This document shows positions 21,745 through 32,884 of a DNA stretch of 34,508 nt, piece by piece; the first letter of the stretch is position 1, and each line of letters opens with the position of its first letter. Origin of the DNA: Octopus bimaculoides (taxonomy: Eukaryota). The stretch lies in the NCBI RefSeq assembly GCF_001194135.2, contig NC_068993.1, positions 43,980,568 through 44,015,075 on the forward strand, in the 5' to 3' direction. Both the position numbers and the translations under genes were made by a program. The notes below the pieces were generated by a model. It searched no databases and had not been told where the DNA came from. It saw only the letters and a program-made list of their open reading frames with translations.

Positions 21745-23082
21745 AGACTCCAATCTTTTCAAGTACTGTCTAAATTCTCTAGTCTCATAGGAGGTGGTGC
21801 AAGTGGCATTGCAAGCTAATTGAACACACGAAAATGATCTAATAACAATTAAGAGTACAAGACAATTTGTTAGCTAAGTAGTCTCATAATTACAGGCACA
21901 ACGAAGCTCTTCTGGCAGAAAATAAAGGACCGATCTCTTTAGCTTGTCCGGTAACTTATCCATTTGGTTATCTACATCCTCATTAATGAAATAGTCATAC
22001 GCTAACACGTTTATAGAGAAGATAATGAAGCAAATTTCTGTGCGGTCCCTTGACCTGCTCGATATAGTAGTTAAATCTATTAATTTATGGAAAACAAAGA
22101 CAAATTAGATAATATAATGTGAACTAAAGAGCAATAAAATTCATAAACATTTACAAAACAACAATTATTTAATATTATATATTATTTATATATATATTTA
22201 TATTTATAATTGTATACATTATTGATTAGGGTGTTATATAACAATAGATCATGTATTTAATTATGTCCCTTTAGAATTTACTTTAATTCCTGTCGAAGTC
22301 GACTTTGCAGTTCTCTTTCCAGAATGAATAGCTATACAATCGACTACACTTCTCAACCATAGACGTACGACCTTAGCCAACCAAGAAATCATTTCTGATT
22401 TAGAAAATTGCTTACGAATATTGTTTTTTCAAAATTTCATTGGAAACGAAAGAAACTATGTGATCATTAATACATTTGTGTTCCCCTTTTATTTATGCAT
22501 TTACAAATTTAGTTTTCTGTATATTCCATCAAAGTAAGCTGAATGTTGATAGAAGTTGAAAATCATTTTAATTTGACGTCATCTCAGAATATAATTAGCG
22601 ATTTATCACAGCTTGTTCAGCTGCGCTGCAGCAGTTTCAATAAAATTATCAACGAAGAAAACCTGTTTGTGCGTTAAAATGATATCAGTTAAATAGCATA
22701 TACAGTGTTTGATATTTATAATCAAAAGATCAACTTTTAATAAATTTCATGATGTCAACATGTCGAAATTGAAGATTAAAAACTTAGAATAGACTGCTCT
22801 TATTGTATGGAAGATTACTCCAGATTTGACAGACTATGTATATTAGTTTATATATTTTCGTTGCAGAAGAATTGCACTTTTATCGAAAGAATATATAGAT
22901 AGTTAATTCGATCATTCAATAGAATGTATTCTAAATCACCAGAGGAGGCCTTTGACAGCCACTGGCCAAACTTTGGTGTCATGGAGTGTTATCGGTGAGT
23001 GACCGTGGTCTTTTCAGACTTTTCGAGGCAATTAAGATTAATATGAAAGGATATATGAAACTGCATAGAAAAATATCAGATA

Positions 23083-23412
23083 TACCAAGTGTATTCCAGA
23101 AGTTTTCAAACATTTTCATGAGAGTCATTTATTAATTTCAAAGAAGTATGAAATTCTAATCTCGTTCAATGCACTTGTGGTAGCGCTCCAGTCACTTCGT
23201 GAAGACCCCCATGAAAATTCTCCTATGTGAAGGTGTACAAGACTCTTGTCACAGCCTCCTTCAAGTTCTCCTTCACATTGGGGAACAAACAATTGTCGCA
23301 GAGGGCAAGTCTGGACTGTAGGGAGGATGAAAGACAGTTTTGGTACCCGTCTCTGTCAAGTAGATGGTTACAAGAATGAAATTGTGGACTGGTGCATTGT
23401 CCTAGTGCAGAT
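23083..23412 (-). mobile_element. Degenerate mariner remnant (transposase C-terminus and 3' TIR), different family from 1845-2710
   Basis: Minus strand: HLH*DNAPVHNFILVTIYLTETGTKTVFHPPYSPDL / CDNCLFP..LKEAVTRVLYTFT*ENFHG / LERYHKCIE; TIR-like TA|TACCAAGTGTATTCCAGAAGTTTTCAAAC from 23081. Confidence 0.85.
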
Positions 23413-23437
23413 GTTCTGGCTACCTTCACAAAGAGGT

Positions 23438-23740
23438 GGAGGTGCAATGGCCCAGTGGTTAGGGCAGCGGACTCGCGGTTGAAGGATCGCGGTTTCGGTT
23501 CCCAGACTGGGCGTGTGTTTATTGAGCAAAAACACCTAAAAACTCCTCGAGGCTCCGGCAGGGGGTGGTGGTGGCGACCCCTGTTGTACTTTTTCGCCCG
23601 AACTTTCTCTCACTCTTTCTTCCTGTTTCTTGAGTAACGCTGCGATAGACTGGCGTCCCGTCCAGCTGTGGGGTGGGGGAGAACACATACGCCATATAAA
23701 CCGGGTAACCAGGCCCATGAGCCTGGCTAGGCTTGAAAAG
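23438..23740 (+). mobile_element. tRNA-derived SINE (third family)
   Basis: A box TGGCCCAGTGG, B box GGTTTCGGTTCCC, then TTGAGCAAAAACAC and TGCGATAGACTGGCGTCCCGTCCAG body motifs. Confidence 0.8.
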
Positions 23741-23884
23741 AGTGAGAAAACAAATCTCGTTTCAGAGAATCATCAGATTTCTGATTATTCCCCTAAACGA
23801 TATGAACGCGCTAACTAATTATCCAAATTTCTGATTGCCTCCTTTTTCTTATATAAAATATGCACTCTACTTCACTCATTCACC

Positions 23885-24000
23885 CACTCACTCACTCACT
23901 CACTCACTCACTCACTCACTCACTCACTCACTCACTCACTCACNNNNNNNNNNNNNNNNNNNNNNNNNNNNNNNNNNNNNNNNNNNNNNNNNNNNNNNNN

Positions 24001-24044
<44 letters not shown>
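23885..24044. repeat. (CACT)n and (TCAA)n tracts either side of a short gap
   Basis: Direct reading. Confidence 0.93.
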
Positions 24045-24046
<2 letters not shown>

Positions 24047-24169
24047 TATATATATATATATATATATATATGCTTGTATATATACATGAACGCGAAGAAT
24101 CTCTTATATTCCTCTCTCATGACTTTCATCTCTTATGTTTATCTCTTATGTTCCTGCCTCAGGGCTTTA

Positions 24170-24504
24170 ACTACACACGCTAACACGACTTGATTCGTCT
24201 TTATTAGTCGAAACACACCTGTTGCTACTTTCTTGTAACTTGCATTTGTAATTGTGTAACATTTTCTCTGTTTTCTGTCTTTGTTGTACACATTCGCTCC
24301 TAAAAAAATTTATTCTCCTAGCTTAGATTTTTAGGGCCAGCCAAGGTTTCGAACCGTCTCAAGTGTAACTGGCCGAAACTGTAAGGATGATTTAGAAACT
24401 TGACTGATGAGTGAACACTGCGAATAACTCGTTTTTGTTTCTTCCTGTCCGTCTTTGTATCTGTCCGGATGCTTTATTATCTGTTGCATTCTTGTTCCAT
24501 TTTT

Positions 24505-24505
<1 letters not shown>
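24170..24505 (+). mobile_element. Possible Penelope-type terminal repeat remnant with a degenerate hammerhead core
   Basis: Non-coding, ends at (TA)n, contains CTGATGA..GAAT at 24404-24425. Family assignment is inference. Confidence 0.4.
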
Positions 24506-24549
<44 letters not shown>

Positions 24550-24656
24550 ATATATCTGTACAGAGTAAGGAGTTTTGCTTTCAGTTTGGTATTCGAAATA
24601 GGTTATTCAACAGTTAATATATAAATCTAATAATATTCCAATTAGATGAAAATTTA

Positions 24657-24806
24657 GAAGAAACTGCACCAGTATTATAGGAGGGTTGCAACTGTAACGG
24701 TAACTACTTGGTGCAGTTGAAACATATGTAGGTCTATGTAAAGCTGTATATATAAAAAGAATTAAATAATGCTATGCAGCTTCGTAATAATACTTATCAT
24801 TATTGT

Positions 24807-24809
<3 letters not shown>
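24657..24809 (+). mobile_element. Second, 5'-truncated copy of the Penelope terminal repeat seen at 2721-2866, with partial hammerhead
   Basis: GAAGA AACTGCA-[43 nt]-TGCAGTT GAAACATATGTA GGTCTATGTAAAGCTGTATATATA...TGTTGA aligns with the reverse complement of 2721-2860. Confidence 0.85.

Positions 24810-24877
<68 letters not shown>
24810..24877. repeat. (TA)n microsatellite
   Basis: Direct reading. Confidence 0.97.
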
Positions 24878-24882
<5 letters not shown>

Positions 24883-25352
24883 GTACACACACACTAACAT
24901 ATACATACATTCATACATGCGCGCGTGCACATACGCATGTATGTATATACTATTTTATTAAAGCCCAAAAAGCTTTACAAACTGTTACTCAGAGTCTCCT
25001 GTTACCGTCTATCATTCAGTTGTATTAATATAATCTGTATTTCTCTATCTTTGATATTCGCATACTATTTGTTCGACCTTGTTTGCACATATATACTTAC
25101 CTGTACGCACACACAGACACGTGCGCACACACACACAGACATACACACATGCACGCACAGAATTAGCAGGAAAATCAATATAAGGAAATATGTTTGGACA
25201 TCGAAGCTGGTCATTTGTTACAAATTGTTCTGTTCCATACAAGTAATGCAGAATCAAATATATAACTGCATGGAATAAACGAATATATGAAAGCACAAGC
25301 AAATTATATTCACATACATACATATTGTATTTGTATATATGAACACAGACAG

Positions 25353-25370
25353 ACACACACACACACACAC

Positions 25371-25445
<75 letters not shown>
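25353..25445. repeat. (CA)n microsatellite
   Basis: Direct reading. Confidence 0.97.
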
Positions 25446-25447
<2 letters not shown>

Positions 25448-26286
25448 AATGAATTTCGTTGAAGCGATTTCCCCCACGTGGTGAGTAGTAGTGAAAAAAT
25501 ATATAACAAAAGAAAAAATCCACACAATTTATATAAAGGATAGAATATTATGATAGTCTACCGGTTTCACGTTTCGCTAATCATGACATTCAAATTGGTG
25601 AAAATATTGCAATTTTGTATTATCTTACGTCTATGTTGCTTGTATGAGAATTTGTTTGTAAATGAACCAGCATGTAGAAAATTGTAAGTGGTGGTAATTG
25701 GTGACTGTTATTATTCGAGATAGGGGAGGAAGTACAATTTTTTGTAGTGTACACTTTGTTCGGAGTTATAAATTCATGAGTTAAAGTAGCGAAATGAAAT
25801 ATGTACTAAGTTAGTTATGTGTCCATGAATTAAAACGTTTACAAAATCCAAAGTTGGTTATGCGTTCACATTCAGGCGCGGTTGGTATTTTTCAATAAAC
25901 ATATTTACTTCATTTAATAGTTCTTGTAGGGAGATTGTTTCCTTGCACTGGTAGATGGGGAAAACTCTGAAGTTTGGTTGGAGATTACTCGCACATCACT
26001 ATGTGTTCGCTAAATGGTATCTGTCTATACTACGGGAAATGAATCTATGTTATATATCATATATTACATATATATATTCTCGTAAAAGATTAGTGAAGAT
26101 ATATCAAAAGTATTGAATAATCTTTTAGTTTAATGTTAAATAGTTTTTATATATAACTTGACATAAAATCTCACGTTAATATATACTTGTATGAAGATGA
26201 CGGAAGATGCTTAGCGGAGTTGGTGGTGGTGGTAATGGTGCAGGTTTTGGTGGTGACGATATTTTGTGATTCATAGAAATTCTGCA

Positions 26287-26368
26287 GAGGTCGACTTTGC
26301 CTTTCATCCTTTCGAAGTCGATAAATAAGTACCAGTTGAGCACTGATCTTGTGCCAAAATTTGAAACC
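26287..26368 (+). mobile_element. SINE central/3' fragment (Meta-domain-like) with an internal deletion
   Basis: GTCGACTTTGCCTTTCATCCTTTCGAAGTCGATAAATAAGTACCAG resembles the conserved domain of MetaSINEs from memory; lacks about 40 bp present in 8861-8938. Confidence 0.65.
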
Positions 26369-26419
<51 letters not shown>

Positions 26420-26637
26420 ATATACACACATATTCGTGATGCGTTTGATCCTCCGGCCAATAACGGACGAGGATTTGGCGACCTTCTGTTTCTATTTTCT
26501 GTTTGTGCATTTATTACGTTTTTGAACTTATTATTTAATGGAACACCACGTAATCTTTATTTTGTTTACAGAATATATANNNNNNNNNNNNNNNNNNNNN
26601 NNNNNNNNNNNNNNNNNNNNNNNNNNNNNNNNNNNNN

Positions 26638-26685
<48 letters not shown>

Positions 26686-26964
26686 TATATGAGTGTCTGT
26701 GTTTCTGTGCGAATCAGCATAATAAACAGCAGCATTAAAAAATTGTTCATGTGTCAATTTATGTGCTGTAAATTCGAAAAATACAGATCGACCAAATGAA
26801 TATTGAATAAATATAGGTACTTGAATCCAGATAATCGACTAAATCCCTTTAATACCTTGCTGCAGAGCTTGCAGCAACAGACTTAATGGAACTTAGTAAA
26901 GGGACGTATGAATAGAAATACTGTTACTTCGTTATTGCCATCTCGCAAACTTTTACAGTGTGTG

Positions 26965-27246
26965 AGTGTGTGCGTGTGTGTGTATATATATGCATATACA
27001 TATGTATATATACATATGTATGTACATATATATATATGTATATATATATGTATTTACGTATATATATACACATATACATATATATGTATGTACATATATA
27101 TATATGTATATGTATATATATATATGTATTTACGTATACATGTGTATATATATACATATACATATATATACATATATATACACACGCATATATATATATA
27201 TATATGTATATATATATGTATTTACGTATATATGTATATATATATA
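26965..27246. repeat. Mixed (TA)/(TG)/(CA) low-complexity tract
   Basis: Direct reading. Confidence 0.93.
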
Positions 27247-27486
27247 NNNNNNNNNNNNNNNNNNNNNNNNNNNNNNNNNNNNNNNNNNNNNNNNNNNNNN
27301 NNNNNNNNNNNNNNNNNNNNNNNNNNNNNNNNNNNNNNNNNNNNNNNNNNNNNNNNNNNNNNNNNNNNNNNNNNNNNNNNNNNNNNNNNNNNNNNNNNNN
27401 NNNNNNNNNNNNNNNNNNNNNNNNNNNNNNNNNNNNNNNNNNNNNNNNNNNNNNNNNNNNNNNNNNNNNNNNNNNNNTTTATCTCT

Positions 27487-27525
<39 letters not shown>

Positions 27526-27677
27526 GTCTATTTAACCTATAATCAAAAACACCTCACCTGTTCTAGGGTCGACTGGCTGAAACTGTATTCAGAAATATTA
27601 AAATTGGTTTTCGCTGAAAAGAAAAAAGGAAACACACGATAAGAAAGCATAGAAAACCTTACTAACACTTGTACACT

Positions 27678-27716
27678 AGCAGCAGCAGCAGGTAGCAGCA
27701 GCAGCAGCAGCAGCAG
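27678..27716. repeat. (AGC)n trinucleotide repeat
   Basis: Direct reading. Confidence 0.95.
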
Positions 27717-28301
27717 TCTCGAAAGAAGTGGAAACGGTGGAGGAGAAAGTTATGGTGCCTATCGAATAAGTATTGGTGATAATGTTACTAGTGATGGTTG
27801 TAGTAATAAATGTACTGAGGTGTGAAGAATATATTGCAGCGATAGAAGGAAAGGTGAAGAGAAATAAAACCACAATCACAACAAAAGATTTGCATAGCAC
27901 CGATGTTGTTCAGCCTTAATTGCTCCTGAGCGAAACCATATTTCCTTGTTCACCAGTCGATTGACCAATAGGATCTGTCAGCTGTTGATTTCATCAAATA
28001 CACGATTTGTTAATTTGCAAACAGCAACAAACACGCAGATTTTGTTTACTTCAACGATTTCGTGAACCGCAGGAGTCAGTTAAAGAATAATCTCAACAAG
28101 GGGAGATTACTGTCAGCAGCACCATAAGCAAAATAGAAAAAACAATCAAATAAAAATAAAACAAAACAAAGTGAAATATGTTTGCACTTCATATAATGTG
28201 GTGTTTGCTTAATACTGTTCTAACAGCACATCCAGCAAGAGGACAGGTCAACCTTACTATGAAAAGCAATCACGTTTCGAGGTAAGTTATGTTTTGTATC
28301 A

Positions 28302-28303
<2 letters not shown>

Positions 28304-28371
<68 letters not shown>

Positions 28372-28442
28372 NNNNNNNNNNGTGTGTATGTATGTGTGTG
28401 TGTGTGTGTGTGTATGTGTGTTGTGTGTGTGTGTGTGTGTGT
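28304..28442. repeat. (TG)n microsatellite
   Basis: Direct reading. Confidence 0.97.
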
Positions 28443-29334
28443 GCATTATAAGCACATTTGCTCGTGTCTGTACGTACGCTCATGATTATGTATACGATAC
28501 GTACACACACACAGAATCATACATATGTACATATACATACACATATATATATATATACATATGTGTATATAGAATGAATATCATATACATATGTATACAC
28601 ATATATGAATACATACATACATACATACATACATACATACACACAATATAATTTATAAATATATTTCTTCCTAATTGAGTGTTCCTGTCTTACTGATACT
28701 GTTGATATGTAAAGAGGTGATTCTTTGTACAAAACTGGCAGAGAGACAAAGTTAGCCAGAAAAATTTGAAAGGCATGGTATTTGGTCTTAATGTTCTATT
28801 AATTTTTGAGTTCTTTATGTTTTTTTTTTAATTTTCGTTGTCTTCAAGAAGATCAGTTCCAGCAGCAATAGAGTAAATCCAGTTTGAGCAACTCCGCGCT
28901 TTAGTTTGCCACATTGCTGTTTCATTTCGCGCCACTTTGAGGGTTGGCTTTAGCTGGTCTTTGTGACTATGGAAACGGCATCGTTGACGTTTCCTAATAG
29001 AGTTTCCTAGTGGTGTCTTAATGGTTAATTCAGTAGAGGAGATTGAACTAGTTGATCTCTCTTGCTTCGTTATAACCCTATTTCTTGACCATTCTAGTCA
29101 GGGTTTCATGATGGTAGATTCTTTGTGGCGACTGCTGGTTTATTAGGATAGCATTGTTGGTATATGTAGTTGACTTCTTAAAAGGTTAAGTTAGCACGAA
29201 GTTTTTATTGATGTTAATATGTGTGTTTTATGGACAATAATACGTAAAAAGAACTGAAAATAAAAACACTCAATACATTAAATGGAGCATAAAAATTATT
29301 TCTAAAAGGAAAAATACTTCTTAACGTTTTCAAC

Positions 29335-29500
29335 TGACTCTATTGGTTGAGAGCATGTTGTAGAGAGCAACCACAAACAGTAGTTGTCCTATTACTGTTC
29401 CCTGGGGGACTCCACTGAGGATTGGCGTCACTTCAGAGAGAGCACCATTTGCTGTAACATCCTGACTTCTTAGGTGATACAAGAAAGGGACAACAAAACA
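29335..29500 (-). mobile_element. CR1/L2-like LINE reverse transcriptase fragment
   Basis: PFLYHLRSQDVTANGALSEVTPILSGVPQGTVIGQLLFVVALYNM matches the SFL..RSQ.V..NG..S...V.SGVPQGTVLGPLLF pattern. Confidence 0.85.
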
Positions 29501-30536
29501 TCCAAATAGACGATAAAAAGAAAACAAGGACGGGTCATTCGGAGTTCTTTTCTCAGTCGAGTTCCAGATTATCTTTGCAATTTCGGTTAGTTATACTCGA
29601 AATTGCTCCAATCTGGCCATCCCCAAGGAAAAACTAAGCTAAGAGCATTAGATTCCTTGGAAGAAAGCAACGAATGTATACGAAAACCAGGATGGATATA
29701 TGTATATGTATATATATATATATATGTATATAAATCATCGTGCGTTTGAATTTATGTCATTATGTCGGTTGTTACATTAATCTACAAAAAATAAAGAATG
29801 CAACAGATTTCCTTCAGGCGACAAACACAGAGGAAATTGGCCAATGCAAAAAAAAAAAGACNNNNNNNNNNNNNNNNNNNNNNNNNNNNNNNNNNNNNNN
29901 NNNNNNNNNNNNNNNNNNNNNNNNNNNNNNNNNNNNNNNNNNNNNNNNNNNNNNNNNNNNNNNNNNNNNNNNNNNNNNNNNNNNNNNNNNNNNNNNNNNN
30001 NNNNNNNNNNNNNNNNNNNNNNNNNNNNNNNNNNNNNNNNNNNNNNNNNNNNNNNNNNNNNNNNNNNNNNNNNNNNNNNNNNNNNNNNNNNNNNNNNNNN
30101 NNNNNNNNNNNNNNNNNNNNNNNNNNNNNNNNNNNNNNNNNNNNNNNNNNNNNNNNNNNNNNNNNNNNNNNNNNNNNNNNNNNNNNNNNNNNNNNNNNNN
30201 NNNNNNNNNNNNNNNNNNNNNNNNNNNNNNNNNNNNNNNNNNNNNNNNNNNNNNNNNNNNNNNNNNNNNNNNNNNNNNNNNNNNNNNNNNNNNNNNNNNN
30301 NNNNNNNNNNNNNNNNNNNNNNNNNNNNNNNNNNNNNNNNNNNNNNNNNNNNNNNNNNNNNNNNNNNNNNNNNNNNNNNNNNNNNNNNNNNNNNNNNNNN
30401 NNNNTATATATATATATATATATATATATATTATGCATGCATGTATATGTATGTCTATGAGTGTGTGTATCCATTTATATATTTTTATGGTTTGTATTTA
30501 AAAGTTGTATACCTCCCAGTAACGAGTAGTTACTGG

Positions 30537-30954
30537 GATGCGGCTGACTGTTATTTGAAAATATAAGTGAAAGATGTTTAAGAATCATTCCCACTATACA
30601 AAAATAAGTAGTTAAGTAATATACACTCCATTTATCATGGAAGTAAGGTAGGGATGTCCAATGGGACAGCATAGTTATATTTGAATTAGGATATGACTTA
30701 ACAGTTATAAGTAATATATAAGTTATATTATATATAAAAGTAATATATAAGTAATATAACTTATATATTACTTATAACTATCAAGTCATATCCTAATTCA
30801 AATATAACTATGCTGTCCCATTGGACATCCCTGTCTTACTTCCTTGACAAATGCTTTATTTGGAGTGTATAATACTTAAATACTTATTTTTATATAGAAG
30901 AAATGTTTCTTAAACATCTTTCGCTTATATTTTCAAATAACCGTTAGCTGCATC
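30537..30954. repeat. Long inverted repeat, arms about 195-200 bp, 21-bp spacer, containing an RT-like motif
   Basis: 30537-30730 versus reverse complement of 30752-30954; arms translate to EVR(Q/*)GCPMG. Confidence 0.92.
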
Positions 30955-31462
30955 AGTTTTAGTTTTTTCACAACTAGACTCAACAACCCTTTTTTTTAGT
31001 ATGCTCTTAATCTTTCATAAGGATTAAATATGTATATCCGAATATGTTATTTGCTACTTCCTCCAACAATATTTGTTACTTCCTGTAACAATAATAATAA
31101 TTTTTTGGTGCATTGTTTTTTGCACTAAGGAGTGCAATATGTAATTAATTTAATTTAATTTAATTAATTTCTAATCATTTTACCATGTTATTTACATGTT
31201 AATATTGCTGTTCGAAACGATCGTATGCATGTATTAAAATTATTTTTTTAAATTTAACATATTCTCTTCGTCTTTAAAAGTTCATTGAGTTTCTATGGGA
31301 TATCTTTCCATAATTCCTCATCACGTACCATATACATGTAATAATTTCATATTCGCAAAACTCTTACGCCAGTAAGCTACCAACGAAATATGAAAAATCT
31401 TTGTTAGAAATCGCCCTTTTGGAATCTTCCAAAGTAAAGGATGAAATTGAACTCAACCTTTT

Positions 31463-31472
31463 CACTCACTCA

Positions 31473-31548
<76 letters not shown>
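31463..31548. repeat. (CACT)/(CA)n microsatellite
   Basis: Direct reading. Confidence 0.96.
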
Positions 31549-31550
<2 letters not shown>

Positions 31551-32767
31551 AAGTGTATGTATATATGCATGTATGTATACTCGTGTCTCATAATAGCGGG
31601 GTACTCACATACACACATGAAGTCAATTACTGTTTAATTGTTTAACCTTTTTCATTGAAATTCTTATGTAATTAACCGAATTGGCATAGCTGATGATCAA
31701 ATACGTCAATGAAATAAATTGCCTTTAATAAGGTATTGTATATATGTTATACCAAGCGTGGATTATATAATAAAGCAAGAATAATACATTTTTATAAATT
31801 ACATTACATTTTGTGTTTTAGTTTCGTCGCTTTTTCATTGTTTCAGAGAAGAAATGGTGGTTTGAAATAGGAGGAATTATTAATATTTACTTGCTTGATA
31901 TATTTGAAAATTATCATTGAATGATTTGGTCGCCTTCAAATAATAAACTTAATTGATCAAAAACAATTTCACTTAACAAAAACAAGACTAATAAATTAAT
32001 TATGTTCTACATTTTCTGCAGTTAAATTGATGTCTCCATTAAGTTTAAGTAACCATGTTTTACTTCATTTCTTTTTACAAAACTCAACAAGTGAAAAATT
32101 GAAGTCAGAAATGTCTAGTTGTGCAAATATCAAGCTTTAAATGTCACTATGGTATTCAGATCATAAATTATGCAATCTTTAGCTGTCTAAACGCTCCAAC
32201 TGCTGCTGTTGAATTTCACTAATCTTCAATGGTTATAAATGCTATCTAAAAGTTTACAGTTCGCTTCTATAAGTATTCTCACTTTTAGCTGAGATAGCCT
32301 ACCGTATATTATTGTTTAGTCCTCAGGCAATCCCTCATTAAGTAGATTTATAATCAAAGACATTATAACCGTTCTATCCTATTTTTAATCATATCTATAG
32401 CTGAACTGTTCAATATGTTCTTTCTTCTATGTTTGAAAGATGATAAGTAGCTTGTTAGGGAATCTTCTGCTATTTCGTTGACTTGTGTAATCTAACATCT
32501 GCTGTTAAAGCAGAAAACTTTGCAGTTTCACTATCATCTTTATCATTATTATCTGTTGATTATGCATTATCATTCATGAACTATTTCTTCATCTATTAGG
32601 ATGTTATAAAACTATAGATCACATACTTGAGTCGTATAATAATCAAACTATGATCCTTCTTGTCTAAGCTATTTTTTTTTATTATTCATATTTATTCGCA
32701 TGTCAGTTATTTTTAGTTATCGACATGTTAGTCATTTTTACTTATACCTTCAAATAATAAACTTAAA

Positions 32768-32884
32768 GTGGAGCAACGTGAAACGAAGTGTTTTGCTCAA
32801 GAATACAACGCGCCGCTTGGTCTGGGAATCGAAATCATGATCTTGTGATCGTGAGTTCAATATCCTAACCACTAAGCAACGTAC
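32768..32884 (-). mobile_element. tRNA-derived SINE 5' head, 3'-truncated
   Basis: Minus strand A-box-like TTGCTTAGTGG, B-box-like GATTTCGATTCC, then GTTGTATTCTTGAGCAAAACACTT. Confidence 0.75.

Noticed and set aside
23438-23520. tRNA gene
   Set aside because: A and B boxes continue into a SINE body with no acceptor-stem closure.
23745-23785. Minus-strand CUGAUGA-UUCUCU-GAAACGAG as a minimal hammerhead
   Set aside because: No stem II pairing and no NUH triplet in register; at best a heavily decayed relic.
24180-24235. CGACT...AGTCGAAAC as a hammerhead half
   Set aside because: The CUGANGA strand is absent.
26857-26877. 8-bp hairpin as a Helitron 3' signal
   Set aside because: No CTRR terminus at the expected distance; short hairpins arise by chance.
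27890-28130. Unique sequence with clustered TAATTG, CAGCTG, TGTCAG and TGTTTAC motifs (similar patches near 15960-16030 and 33835-33990) as enhancers
   Set aside because: Short motifs cannot be distinguished from chance without cross-species conservation data.
672-31637. Most ORFs in the supplied track (YIYI, HTHT, CVCV, SLSL and poly-X)
   Set aside because: They are read-through of microsatellites and N gaps, not coding sequence.
31690-31725. CTGATGA followed by GAAA
   Set aside because: The intervening bases do not form stem II and no cleavage triplet fits.
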